A stretch of 62,725 nucleotides of DNA, the filler included, from Globobulimina sp. (lineage: Eukaryota): NCBI GenBank assembly GCA_003354225.1. It is 30 parts of 30 records of this genome, joined end to end, with 100 filler letters (N's around TTAATTAATTAA, not from the genome) between each part and the next. Parts side by side here need not be neighbours in the genome. Positions count along the whole stretch, not along the records: positions 23,051 to 25,044 come from PIVH01009911.1; positions 25,145 to 27,138 come from PIVH01009912.1; positions 27,239 to 29,232 come from PIVH01009913.1; positions 29,333 to 31,326 come from PIVH01009914.1; positions 31,427 to 33,420 come from PIVH01009915.1; positions 33,521 to 35,514 come from PIVH01009916.1; positions 35,615 to 37,608 come from PIVH01009917.1; 23 more parts are not named here. The stretch is one strand, 5' to 3'. Of the stretch, positions 23,929 to 35,941 are shown piece by piece; the first letter of the stretch is position 1, and the number at the start of each line of letters is the position of its first letter. The position numbers and the translations under genes are program-made. The notes beneath the pieces are model-generated. The model had not been told where the DNA came from, made no database searches, and worked only from the letters and a program-made list of their open reading frames with translations.

Positions 23929-24141
23929 TTAAATATACACACACAAAGACTTGATATTGTCCAATATAGCCAATTTCTGTCAAGACCTAAAGTAATATAA
24001 ATTAATAACAAGATCATAACTCATCACATAAATTGAAAAAAAATAAGTACGAAAAAACAAAATAAGATTAATTACGAAAATAACACCGAATAATAACCAC
24101 ACATTCATCACAGTAAAATCACTAAATTGTAAAATCACTCT

Positions 24142-25031
24142 CTAATAATCCACATATTGGGTTACGTTATTACTGGTATTAAACGACAATATATGTGCAG
24201 CCACAGTGTCGTTACTTTGGTCGCCATTTGCTTTCACCGACGTAAATGTGTTAAAAGCACCACAATCGGTGGCAGTATAAACAGCCAATTGAGTATCGAT
24301 ACAAACACCGCAAAATAACACACCATTTCTAACTCTAATTCGGGTGCTGTTACTTTGTACCACAGTGAATTTTGTACATTTGGGTCAAAACACCATCCAC
24401 TTTGACCGCTACAATCAGTGATATTTGGAGTCAATACATCTGTGACAACATCGCCCACTGCAATTTGCGTGCCATCACAAGCATTGTCGTTTGTCATTGC
24501 CGGACATGAGCCTTCTTCCATTCCCGCCACATCCATTTGGAAGGGACCTGTTTCACCGCTAACTGAATCAACCTGAATGTAATATTCTTGCGTTGCACAC
24601 TCAGTAAAAGGTAAAATATGTGCAGCGCCACGACAGTCATGCCCCGAATCATCATTTGCTTTCATCAATGTAAATGTGCTAAAATCTGCGCAATCTGTGA
24701 CAGTATAAACAGCTAATTGTGTATTGAGACAACCACTTCCTGAATATTCAACCATTTCTAATTCTAATTCAAATGCGGTTACTTTGTACCAGATGGAATG
24801 TTGGACATTGGTGTCGTACCAGAACCAGCCATCTTGGCCGAGTCCATAATCTGCATCATAACCAGGAGATATTTCATCGGTCTGTTTGGTAGCTTCGACC
24901 GTCAAATTAGCTACGACAGAATCACCAATATAAATAAGTGTCGCATCACATGCATTATCATTGGATGGAGGCTCTGCCACTACGGTGTGTATTAAAAATA
25001 AAATGGAAAACGCAATATACTTAGTTTCCAT
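24142..25031 (-). pseudogene. Secreted protein with two 'NDNACD.T.I.(I/V)GD...S(I/L)WYKVTA...TQLAVYT' repeats; second repeat frameshifted and truncated
   Basis: Signal peptide; internal repeat alignment shows 20 vs 21 nt at about 24304-24323; ORF 24142-24363 continues the repeat in another frame. Confidence 0.75.
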
Positions 25032-25144
25032 GGTTGTATCGATANNNNNNNNNNNNNNNNNNNNNNNNNNNNNNNNNNNNNNNNNNNNTTAATTAATTAA
25101 NNNNNNNNNNNNNNNNNNNNNNNNNNNNNNNNNNNNNNNNNNNN

Positions 25145-25969
25145 AAGACATTACTGCTTATAAAATGTGCCAAATGCAATGGTGGCTTTTGTACAGATCA
25201 TCGACATTGCGATTTGCATAATTGTCCGAAAGACGTAACAGAAAATAAAGATAATTCGACCGATATTGATGAAGAAATTGCAGATAATCGATGGGTGTTC
25301 GTCAAAACTGAATTGTGCAAAAATTGGAACGCCAAAATTGTCAATTTCTTGCAAAATCAAATCGGCGAAGAAGAAGTTGCGTTTCCTTATACATTTTAAC
25401 TGAAAAACAACATTTTGTACATTCTATAGTATGATTTCGATGATGTAATCGAAGATTTTGGGGAATATTGCATGAATAACAACGAAAGTGCTCTGATGGA
25501 TGTGTTAATTGATGAATATGAATGGGAGGATAAAATGACACAGAATTTCCATAATGATATCACCAAAATATTTACAGAGGCGCCACAATTGGATATAGAT
25601 GAGGAGGAAGAGGATGATATGGATGATATGGATGATATATATGGATATGATGAGGATAAGAATGGACATAAAACAAATAAGAGTATGAAGAGTATGGCTG
25701 ATAAAAATAAATTATTGCATGAACAACGGAAAAAGAATATAATTCAATGGATATATAATGAACTCTCAAAACATTTAATTGCTTCGCAAGTTATGAATGT
25801 TACAAATAAAGTGATTGGAATTATAATGAATGAGGAAGACAATGATGAAATGCAATATGAATTATGGGAGTTATTGGGTGGACATTCCTCACCGACCTCG
25901 TTTATCAACAGAATAAGAGGTGATAGAGATGCTATTCGTGATGAAATAAAGAAATTGCATAATCAATAG
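25145..25969 (+). CDS. Acidic hypothetical protein, intron at about 25381-25429 (5' partial)
   Basis: ORFs 25214 and 25472 joined by a GT..AG intron ('EEEVA|YDFDDVIEDF'). Confidence 0.55.
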
Positions 25970-26098
25970 CTTATACAGTGTACATAATTTAATTTGTCAT
26001 TTTGTTTCATGTTATACTTGATTTCATTTCAGCGACTGACATCACTCAAAAAGTTTTTAAGTGAAAAGATTTTGTTGAGTAAAAAAAGTACATACTGA

Positions 26099-26933
26099 TT
26101 ATAACTCATTATGTGTTTCTATAGTGTCTGTTTTTGACTTTTTTGGCGGATTATTTTCAGATTTGATGCCTCTAAAAAGCTCATCGATAACTTTATTAGT
26201 TCTGGTTGAAGATTTCAACAATTCCACGCAAACATTTTGACATTTTGAATCATTCCATAATAAATCACCTTTTTTATTTTCATTCTCCTCAATGATACAT
26301 TGTTTTGCATTTATTTTCTTTGCTTTTCTATTCCATAAATAAGTAAGCGTTGCTCCATCGATCCTGAGATGGCGCCAAAAATCCATACATTTCGCAAATG
26401 AAGAAACCAAAATATTGCTCCTTTCCCTCGCGTATTTTTTATTTGCTTTTCTAGCTAAAAACGCTTTGTGTGCCCTGAAATGATAAATTATTATTATTAT
26501 GAAAACAAATAAAAATATGACATAACTTTTGACAGATTGATAAGCTTTGATATTTTGGTGAGTTTATGATACATTTTGGTAATAATTTATGATACAAACG
26601 TCGAGATTCTCTTGCATTTAATCCTTGAATTAATGAATATTCATTGCTTCCAAACTTAGCTCGTAATTGTTCCAATGTGGTATAAATCTCACAACTGAAT
26701 ATAAATAATGCAATTTGCCAGTTTCCGTACATAACCATCGAAATGAACATATTTGTTACACGCATTGATTGCGATGTTTATTTATGGAAATTGGCAAATA
26801 ACTCTTCTGTTTCTTGTTTAGATTTTGCAGGTATTTCTATGCCATCTGATTTTAGAACATTGGAATTCGCCAAGATCCCCAGAACAATGATAACTGAAAG
26901 AATCAATATAATCAACAGAGACTTTGAACCCAT
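26099..26933 (-). pseudogene. Signal-peptide protein with ER-retention-like C-terminus (HNEL); two introns; one-base frameshift at about 26780
   Basis: 'MGSKSLLIILILSVIIVLGILA'; spliced 'RRLYHKLLP..RAHKAFLARKANKKYARERS'; exon 1 needs one extra A to stay open. Confidence 0.6.
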
Positions 26934-27238
26934 GATGGCTGATGATGCAAGCACTTAGATGGTTTTTGTATAAATAGAAGTTTTTAGCTACAACCGTGAC
27001 GTGACTGACAAAACTCATTTAAAGAATGTTATCCAATAAGGCTTATCATTGACTTTCCACACTGACCATCGTTTACTTTTCGAACTAAAAGAAACATTGG
27101 CATAATAATAACGTACAATGACATTATTAAATCATTCTNNNNNNNNNNNNNNNNNNNNNNNNNNNNNNNNNNNNNNNNNNNNTTAATTAATTAANNNNNN
27201 NNNNNNNNNNNNNNNNNNNNNNNNNNNNNNNNNNNNNN

Positions 27239-29232
27239 CATCTGGTCGAGGTGGAGTTTGGTCGCCGCTTGGCGCAAGGCATTGTTATTGGCTTAGATGA
27301 AAACAATGAGAGTATCGATTTAGATGCATTTGATGATGAAGTACAAGAGGAAGAAGAGGAAGAATCTATCTCTGACTCGAGCAGTGATGGTGAATTCTTA
27401 TCGTCTGACGACGTGAAACGACTCTCCTTATTGGCCAATGGCAGCGGCACATCGGATGACAGACTCTCTTTTGCACGGATTTTATCTGATTGTTAAGTGG
27501 AATACACTGTACATACACCTTCCTTTTGTATGTTTATGTTACTATATGTACAGTCAAACACGTTCAAAAAGCAAATGTTCGCTCTATGGCAGCCAAGTGG
27601 GAGAATTTAGTGCATTCCGCACAACCACGCTTCAGTGCCTCCCTCAAAAAGGAAAAATCAGAGGTTGAATTAGCTCAAGACATTATAAATCAGTCTCGGC
27701 GTAGACGAGCAGACACATCGCCCCGTAGTCAGCCCGTAAGCTCTCCGTATCAGCCACCCCGTTTTGCGGATAAGCTCATTTATAAAAATAGAAAACTGCG
27801 AAAGAACAAAACCAATGAATTAATGCAGAAATGCACGCAGTCCACGCCGGTCTCTCCCGACTTGCGGCGCCATCAGAGCCACCATGTCAAATACACACCG
27901 CCCACGCATCCAAGCACTACGTTTAACAAAATCGCGAGTCCTGCCATGCGCCGCGGGAAAGGCAAGGCGAAAAAACGCAGCCGGAAGGTATGTAAATGTA
28001 AATCTACCGTCGTTATTTTACATAGTTCCATGTGCGAATTTGCGTGTTGTGACTTGTGATTGTATGTTATATTAGGTTCAATTTGATGAAGTAGGTAGCA
28101 GTGCATCGACGCCTTCAACGCTCATCATGTCGCCCACAGATAGTATCGATATGAATTGCCAATCCCCGTCACCCATAACCTTATCACCAAATACATCCAA
28201 CAAATCTTCACAATCCATGTCTATGGGCATGGCCGTACGAAAAGAGCCTATTTCGCCTGGAACCGACCACAACGCCAAATCGCGTGGTTCCATTGACGAC
28301 GACGCTAAAATGGCAGAACAAACCATATCGTTTAGAAAAGTAGTGATACCGCCAAATGTAAACATAGGCAGCGAGCTACGCACTAAGCGTGGCAACAGTG
28401 CGCCGCTTACAAAACACGCACAAATCACTGTGATAACCACGCCGCCCCAACGCAGTATCAGCAGCAATGGCTTGCACGGCTTAGATATAAACACCGTATA
28501 CACGCCACCCGCGATCATCTCGCCCGGCGGTGGCATGCCCTCATTGACCTTACAAAACAGCGCCAGCATAGAACACCAACACGAAGACAGCGTGGCCGTC
28601 GTGGACGAGATCAGCAAGAACCACAGCAACGGCCATGGCACTGACGATGACTGCAAAGACAACAGTCGCGGCCCCAGCGCCGGTGGCAGCAGCTCAAGCA
28701 GCTTAAATTCCGGCGGCGCCGGTGTGCCCTGTGCAGAATTGGTCAAATCCGGCAGTATGTCGCCGACCGCCAGCAACGTCTACTCGTTGGTGTTCAAGTC
28801 ACAGTGCAATGAGTCGCCTACTACGCAACAGAAAGAATTCAAATTGAAAGCACGCCCCGATTCCCCCTTTGATATCTCCTCCACACAGAAGGACTTCCAT
28901 AAAGTGGCCGAGATATTGATGCTGGAATGCAATAATCCAAAGAATCTGTTCAAAGTACTCAAAGGTGTCTGCAGTAAGTTGAAATTGCCCGATCCCAAAT
29001 ACCGCAGAATCGATACCCTGAACAGTGCCGTCCAGAATAAATTGTTGAAATTCGAAGGCGCCGAGGAGTTCCTCCAGTTATTGGGCTTCAAACGCAACGA
29101 TTTGCGCAATCCGACGCTATGGTATTGCGACATGGACCAACCGCCGATCTCTGTGCTAGATTACGCCATCAATGTCTGCAACGACTGTCTGTTGAAATGC
29201 AATCATAAGCGCGCCACGATGGACATCTTGAA
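27239..29232 (+). CDS. PUB-domain protein with long disordered N-terminal region; introns at about 27493-27553 and 27988-28075 (partial)
   Basis: 'LFKVLKGVC...DPKYRRIDTLNSAVQNKLLKFEGAEEFLQLLGF' PUB consensus. Confidence 0.8.
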
Positions 29233-29332
29233 NNNNNNNNNNNNNNNNNNNNNNNNNNNNNNNNNNNNNNNNNNNNTTAATTAATTAANNNNNNNNNNNN
29301 NNNNNNNNNNNNNNNNNNNNNNNNNNNNNNNN

Positions 29333-29592
29333 TTTGCAATTAATTGCAAATAACTCGCAAAATTTTGTGAATGTTTAAAATGATTTTGAGCAAAAATAGA
29401 CGCCGCTTGCTGCATATTTTTAAAATCTCCATTCCTAAAACATTTAAAAAAATCGTGTTCTAATAAGTAAGATGAGGATGTTATTTTATTTAAATTAGTT
29501 ATTGCGGAGATTTCCAATGATGAGTCCATACTATAACCATTGCTGACACCATGAATTGTCAGCAGTAACATAAATACCAGCCATTTAAACAT
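29333..29592 (-). CDS. Secreted hypothetical protein (3' partial)
   Basis: Signal peptide MFKWLVFMLLLTIHGVSNG. Confidence 0.5.
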
Positions 29593-29642
29593 GTTATTTC
29601 TGAGTCCTTGACACATCTTCAAAAACTTAAAGTTTTTATCTC

Positions 29643-29693
29643 AAAGCCGGATTATGCGAGCTATAATTATAAAAAGCCGGATTATGCGAGCTA
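29643..29693. repeat. Perfect 21-bp direct repeat AAAGCCGGATTATGCGAGCTA x2
   Basis: Copies at 29643 and 29673. Confidence 0.95.
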
Positions 29694-29851
29694 ATTATGA
29701 ATCTTTGCCAATTATGAATCTTTGCACATCAATTAAACAAACATGTAAAAAGTAAAAACGAAAACAATCACATCGCTCTGGATATCTATACCATGAACGA
29801 TAAACTAAAAAACAAATGACATACACAACATAAACTCTGTCATTGTTGACA

Positions 29852-30943
29852 TCAATACAAATATGGATGTCCTTGTAGCTGAATGGTCTCCTGTTTAATA
29901 GAAGCAATTCTATAATCCACCAAGTCATCCGGTCCCATATACTCTGAGATTATTCGAACTATATTATATTCATCAATGCGTGTAACCATTGACAGTACAT
30001 ACAAAACATGTTCTCTTTTAGTGTATGGCGCAATACATTTATATCTCAATTTAATCACAAATTCATTGATGATCCATAATGCAAATAATGGCAAAATGTC
30101 ATACCATCCAATCACTGTCTCAGTTTTATAGGTTTTTAAAGCATGAACCAATCCATACATTGTAAATGCTGAAATAAAAAATATTATATAGCGCACAGTA
30201 ACATATGTTATGGTGATACAATTATATCGAAAATATTTTCTTTTGTACCAATAGAAATGAATAATTGCTTCATATGAGTTGGGCGCACAACAACAAGTAC
30301 AACAATCTAAACATGGCGAATCTGATACAAAAGCAATGCAAAAATAATGTGAATCTCTTATTTGTAGATACTTCCAAAAATATTTATAAATTGCTACGAT
30401 TTTAGCAATGTCAAAAAGGAACGATACGCCAAATGATACGACCATTAACATTGGCATTGCATAAATACTTTGCGATGATGAACATAAACATGATGGGCCA
30501 CTACAAGACCATGAATCTTCTAAATTGTACTGACTTGATAATGTAATGGCACATTCTGAATGTTGTGCGCATGATTCCACTCTCTCCTCTCTTGCATCTG
30601 TGCAGTTAACATCTTCCATATACTGATGACGTTGGGATGGGTCCAAGATGCGGCAGGCTTCACCTAAAGAGGGGTAGGCTGTGTTACACAATGTAGCTAG
30701 TTCGGCATGGCAGATAAATGCTATTGTAATCACATAAAGTTGTACTATCCACATATATGCATCAATCAAATGAAAATATGCCAATAGTTTCTGTGACGGA
30801 GCTTCAATTTTGTGTTTTAAATTGTATGTTGTTCTATTCGTTGCTCTGTGCAACCCCATTTTAATGAATATAACAAGTATTATCAACATAATGAATATAG
30901 ATATCACTGCAAATATAACGCCAGCAACATTAACCTTTGCCAT
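29852..30943 (-). CDS. Multi-pass membrane protein with a Cys-rich extracellular loop
   Basis: About five hydrophobic helices and a Cys-rich loop; intact ORF. Confidence 0.7.
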   Translation of the reverse strand: MAKVNVAGVIFAVISIFIMLIILVIFIKMGLHRATNRTTYNLKHKIEAPSQKLLAYFHLIDAYMWIVQLYVITIAFICHAELATLCNTAYPSLGEACRILDPSQRHQYMEDVNCTDAREERVESCAQHSECAITLSSQYNLEDSWSCSGPSCLCSSSQSIYAMPMLMVVSFGVSFLFDIAKIVAIYKYFWKYLQIRDSHYFCIAFVSDSPCLDCCTCCCAPNSYEAIIHFYWYKRKYFRYNCITITYVTVRYIIFFISAFTMYGLVHALKTYKTETVIGWYDILPLFALWIINEFVIKLRYKCIAPYTKREHVLYVLSMVTRIDEYNIVRIISEYMGPDDLVDYRIASIKQETIQLQGHPYLY

Positions 30944-31426
30944 GGTCAACTGAGAATTAATCTTTTTGTTTCTTTTTAATCTTTTTGAATATATTTAAAT
31001 TAACATTGCAATAGTCATGACTCGTTTTGATTTCGTGGCGATATCTTACTTTGTCACATTTATACTTCGTATGTGATTTGTTACGTGTACGTACATTTAA
31101 TGATTTATGTATTAAATATTCCTTTTGTATTAGTTACAGTTACATTTCAAGCAAGTATTACTGTATCATCAACAGAATGTAATGCAAATATCTTTTATGA
31201 TTTCCTATATTGTCTATCCTCCAGTTCACAATGTGCACAATGCATTCCATGTTATAATGATGATGATCATGATCATGGAGAATTATACATACCAATGGGC
31301 ACAGACTATGCTAAACCATGCTAAACNNNNNNNNNNNNNNNNNNNNNNNNNNNNNNNNNNNNNNNNNNNNTTAATTAATTAANNNNNNNNNNNNNNNNNN
31401 NNNNNNNNNNNNNNNNNNNNNNNNNN

Positions 31427-31662
31427 CTTGACGGACTGCGTACGCACTTTCTAGCCGCCGTAATCATGACGGAATTCGCAGTCTCATTATAACCGCCATA
31501 ATCTTGACGGACTGCGTACGCACTTTCTAGCCGCCGTAATCATGACGGAATTCGCAGTCTCATTATAACCGCCATAATCTTGACGGACTGCGTACGCTCA
31601 TTCTGACCGCCTTAATCATAACGGATTTCACTTTTCATTCCACCGCCATGAACATAACGGAA
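31427..31662. repeat. Tandem array: 38-bp subunits in a 76-bp higher-order unit, dyad core CCGCC(A/G/T)TAATC(A/T)T(G/A)ACGGA
   Basis: Cores at 31455, 31493, 31531, 31569, 31607 and 31643; array runs off the contig start and decays rightwards. Confidence 0.93.
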
Positions 31663-31706
31663 TTCCATCACGGCCAAAAACGTAGAAACACTTTAAAAGG
31701 GAAAAC

Positions 31707-32516
31707 ATGAAACAAAGCGGTAAAATTAGCATTGAACTGGTTTTCGACCCGACAGACGACTTTAAAGCACCAACGAAACCAATATCAAGTGCTGCCAATG
31801 TAATACATTTGGATAAGTTTGGATCTAAAAACCATTTAGTTATTGTTTCTGTGGACGACGTCGAGAAATCCGGAATTTATCAACATAAAAGCAATGAATT
31901 TTTTTCTATCGATGATATCATGGAAAATAATTCGACGCAAAGAATATTGAATGAGTTTATGTATGTAGAATTTGCCGAGCTTTTCCTGTTAGGCGCTGAA
32001 GCCCAACAAAGGGAAATAAATAATTTGGTTAAATGGTGTAAGTATGTTACCGACATACAATTGGGAGTGATATTATCAGATCAATATGTGAGGATAGTAA
32101 TGGATGAATTATTAGAATCTGAGATGGATTCCGCAGCAATTGAAAAATTGCAAAAAAAGGTTGATGCGACAGAGAAAGTGTGCAACCGGGCGGGTATTAT
32201 TAAATTGATAGCTGTCTCACCAGAGGTTGGTGATAATTATTGCCCGCCGCCTTGGGCAGTGTGTAATGAAAAGCTCAAATCCTTGAGTGTTGAGCCGAGT
32301 GCCTCAAACAAAAAAGGTCTGTTTTTTTTTCCTTTTAAAATGAACGCATTTTCGCAAAACACAAAAATATATATATAAATATTAGCTGCTTTGCCACAGT
32401 CAACGCAAAAAAAGAAAAAGAAAACAGTTGGAGGAGTAAAAAGAAATAAAAAGGAGATTAGTTCAGATGAGGAGAAGAGCCCTGAACCTGAAAAAAAGAA
32501 ACCCCGTTTTTTTTGA
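31707..32516 (+). CDS. Hypothetical protein with basic NLS-like C-terminus; intron 32317-32385
   Basis: GT..AG splice gives '..KKKKKTVGGVKRNKK..PEKKKPRFF*'. Confidence 0.65.
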
Positions 32517-32692
32517 CTAATGTTTTTATGTTTAGTATATTTTAATAATTTTATACATTATTTATAAGTTCTTTTTTCTATTCTTGTATTGCCAAACAAT
32601 GTTTTTGTTTTTCACTTATTTATAATTTGTCTCAAACTGCACAACTAATTTATCCTTGCACAACTAAACGATAGTAAGGAAGAAATTGAGTA

Positions 32693-32848
32693 AGATTGAA
32701 GTCACACTAAATGTAATGAAAACTTTTGAATTCGACAATGTAAACAACGTTTCAATAACGTTTCGGTTTTGCTGTTTTGTTATAGAAAGAACGTTGTTTA
32801 CATTGTCAAATTCGAAAGTTTCCATTACATTTAGTGTGACTTCAATCT
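32693..32848. repeat. Long inverted repeat (59-bp arms, 3 mismatches, 38-nt loop)
   Basis: 32693-32751 is the reverse complement of 32790-32848. Confidence 0.93.
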
Positions 32849-33010
32849 AAGTCAAACTACCGAATGTGTACTTTACAGTCCAAAGTCTTTTGGATTGAGA
32901 AATCATATTTGGGGCAAACTACAATCGACGCTTCCCGAATTATTAATTTGAGTTAGTGAAGGAGTGTAAAGTCAATGTTGGAAAACAAAAACAAGAAAAA
33001 AAAATAGTTT

Positions 33011-33420
33011 TCACAGAAAACAAAATTCCTCTTGGGTTTTATGGGGCTTGCCCCCTCCTAGGTTGAATACTTGATTTAATTGAGTCATCCATTTTTTATT
33101 TAAAGATGAAATTGTTACATAAACTGATGGTTCATCATCTTTATTATGACGAAATACAATGCGATCCATACACCAACGATATATTGATAAAATATCTGCT
33201 TGTAATTGAACAGAAGATTGATAATAATATTGTCTTAAATAAAAAAGTTTTGAATCTAATTGAGCCAAATTAATTATTGCATTATAAATAGGTGCAGGTG
33301 TTCCAAATTTAGGGAATTTAATATTAAAAACATTATTCCCTTTTTTACATTTAAATATAATCATATTTTCAATATCAGTAAATTTATTAAATGTCATTGT
33401 CGGTGTAAATAATGCAAAGG
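33011..33420 (-). CDS. Hypothetical protein fragment
   Basis: ORF of at least 128 aa open to the contig end; no recognised motif. Confidence 0.4.
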
Positions 33421-33520
33421 NNNNNNNNNNNNNNNNNNNNNNNNNNNNNNNNNNNNNNNNNNNNTTAATTAATTAANNNNNNNNNNNNNNNNNNNNNNNN
33501 NNNNNNNNNNNNNNNNNNNN

Positions 33521-34212
33521 CACTCAGTTCAGATTTATTAGAGAGATTTTTCATAGTTTTGGCCTTTGATGGAAAGGATTACATTGTTTTTGAAGAGTTT
33601 TTGCAGACAAAATATTTATTAGAACATATCCCGCCCGAACCACAGCAACAAATCGCCAAATCCGCGGATGATTTTTTCAGCGAAGAAGACATTATTTATG
33701 ACCATCGGTTAAAATTAATTTTCAATCTATTCGACTTAGATTTTAATGGTTATATTTCCATCAAAGAATATCAAAAGGTGCTACCCATATTAATGCAAAA
33801 CGAATTATGTCGAAAAATGGAGGTGGAAGAGATGAAGGAATATGACGACTGGTTCACGGAGATCAGCAATTTTGCCATGATCCAATTTGATAGGAGCAAA
33901 GCACAGAGATTAAGTTGGCGAGATTTTAGGACGTTGGCAAGGCGTGATTTGAGTGTACAGAATATTGTGGAGATTATCACTCCAAAACAAGAGGAATTTC
34001 AATGTTTTAAGTATGCGGCGGCCATACAAAGGAAAAACCAAAAGAGGAAAACAAAGAAAGAGAGGAAGAAGAAAGGAAAAGCTGTGCAACAAAGTCACAG
34101 TGAACCAATACAGCAAAACATTGCAAGTGAAACAACAAAAATGGAGCAGAAAAGTGAAACAACTCAGCCGCAAAGCGAAACAACCCTAAAAAATAGCGAA
34201 ACTGCACAATAA
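33521..34212 (+). CDS. EF-hand calcium sensor (calcineurin B/NCS-like), 5' partial
   Basis: 'DGKDYIVFEEFL', 'RLKLIFNLFDLDFNGYISIKEY', 'FDRSKAQRLSWRDF'. Confidence 0.85.
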
Positions 34213-34563
34213 CAATGACGATTAATTATTTATTACTTTGTATTTATTTTTTGATTGAGTGCAAGGATAAAATGTGTAAAAATTTGAGCTCCAGACTCAG
34301 ATTAAAAGTGGTGATATAAATGGAAAGGTTTGCATATTCGCAACAGATCTGACGTACTGTACATGTAAATATACAAAATATACATTGATGCCATTGAACT
34401 TTTATGTTAATTATACATTCTGTAAATAAACTTATATTACTTTATCGAACAACACATAGAAAAGAAAAACAAATCCGAATAAAATAAGTACGACAAAAAA
34501 CAAAAAACGAAAACAAATATAAAATTAAATACAAACAAAGTAGTGTAGAATGTGTGATATATG

Positions 34564-35514
34564 TTATTGAGTGATGGAAGAAGTAACAATATCGCAATAA
34601 GGCGCATCGTCGTCATTCGGACTAAATGCTTTATTCACGCACTCACCAACAACGTCAAATCTTTTTTTATAATTTTTACTGTCAATTTCATCAATTTTTT
34701 CAAACGCCTTTTCAATTTTCTTTTTTTGATCACCCCATTTTTCCTCCATATCTTCAGTCAATCTCTCAATGCCTTTCTCATATGCTTTGGCTTCGGATTT
34801 ATAAACACCTAAAACCATATTACTACCATTTTCTTCATCGGTCGACGGTGTATAGACCGCGACGTACACTTTCGGACCGTTTCTGAAAACAAATCACAAA
34901 TCCGATCAACGTACAAAATATATTAATATACAATTAAAACGGATATGTAATTAAAATCAGTAAAAAAGTAGAAATTTCTTTTAATTATTTTTTTTACGTT
35001 TTATTGGCGTAATTATATATGGAATAAACAAGGCAGAGGACCACTAAACTTTGCTTTTTTACCACGTTTTTGCTTCTTGGGAGGCGGTGCCTGTGTATTT
35101 TAATAATGTTAGGATGCATTTGCATGGATTGACAGATGGTTTTGAGCCAAAACGTGAGTGCAAGGATATAGATATAATATAATATATAATGTATTTAACT
35201 CCATCGTCTCTTAAACCTTTCAAGCGATCGATCAAAATGTCTTTTTTCGCAGACTGGTCGTTTAAACCTCGTAGCCGTAATTCGACGATCAATTCTTTGC
35301 AGGTTAAGGTATCGATGGGGTCTGTTAATTGGACGTCGTATTTCTCCTTCAAAAATTCAATCATATCCGCTTTCTTACCCTTTAAACTTTGCTTTTTCTC
35401 ACCACGCGTTATTAACAATTGCTTGATGTCCTGGGCTAATAAGGTTGTGTCGTGCGAATCTTTTAATTTTGTATCTTCCCATTCCCATTCTTTTTGTTCG
35501 GGTTTATCCCGTTA
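34564..35514 (-). CDS. SAP-domain protein with two introns (5' partial)
   Basis: 'LTCKELIVELRLRGL...KKDILIDRL' SAP and an upstream SAP-like copy; splicing links 'APPPKKQKRGKKAK' to 'NGPKVYVAVY'. Confidence 0.75.
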
Positions 35515-35614
35515 NNNNNNNNNNNNNNNNNNNNNNNNNNNNNNNNNNNNNNNNNNNNTTAATTAATTAANNNNNNNNNNNNNNNNNNNNNNNNNNNNNN
35601 NNNNNNNNNNNNNN

Positions 35615-35898
35615 AATATGAGAGCTGATATGGTTAACATGGATTTACTGACAACCATCTCCGTTGCAGTTAAATGGATATCCTTTGAAATCCAGGGAAG
35701 CAAATAAATATTTCCAAACCAAACGAAAAAGCACACCCAAAACGCTAATGTCGTGATCCAAAACGACCGGATATTAATTGAACCGCATTGGGAGATGTTG
35801 AACGTTGTCGATTTGTGCTTGTCTGACTGTGACTCGTTAGTCGGCTGTTCGGTGGTTTCACTTTCAACCAATTCTACGTATGGTGTCATTGTCGTCAT
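35615..35898 (-). CDS. NRT2: NRT2/NarK-family nitrate/nitrite transporter (MFS), N-terminal fragment
   Basis: 'IRSFWITTLAFWVCFFVWFG..LLPWISKDIHLT..E' matches the NRT2 TM1 consensus. Confidence 0.78.
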
Positions 35899-35941
35899 TA
35901 GCCTGAGAGTTTTTCGTTGTTTTAATACTAATAATAATATA

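Noticed and set aside
26340..26400. 'HLRIDGAT' as a SNF2 helicase motif
   Set aside because: No other helicase motifs; the protein has a signal peptide and an HNEL end
10855..29232. Higher GC of the formin, Gypsy and PUB contigs as genomic islands
   Set aside because: They are separate contigs and may simply come from different organisms or expression classes
31427..31662. CRISPR array
   Set aside because: Spacers are only 19 bp and repeat in alternation; no cas genes; eukaryotic context
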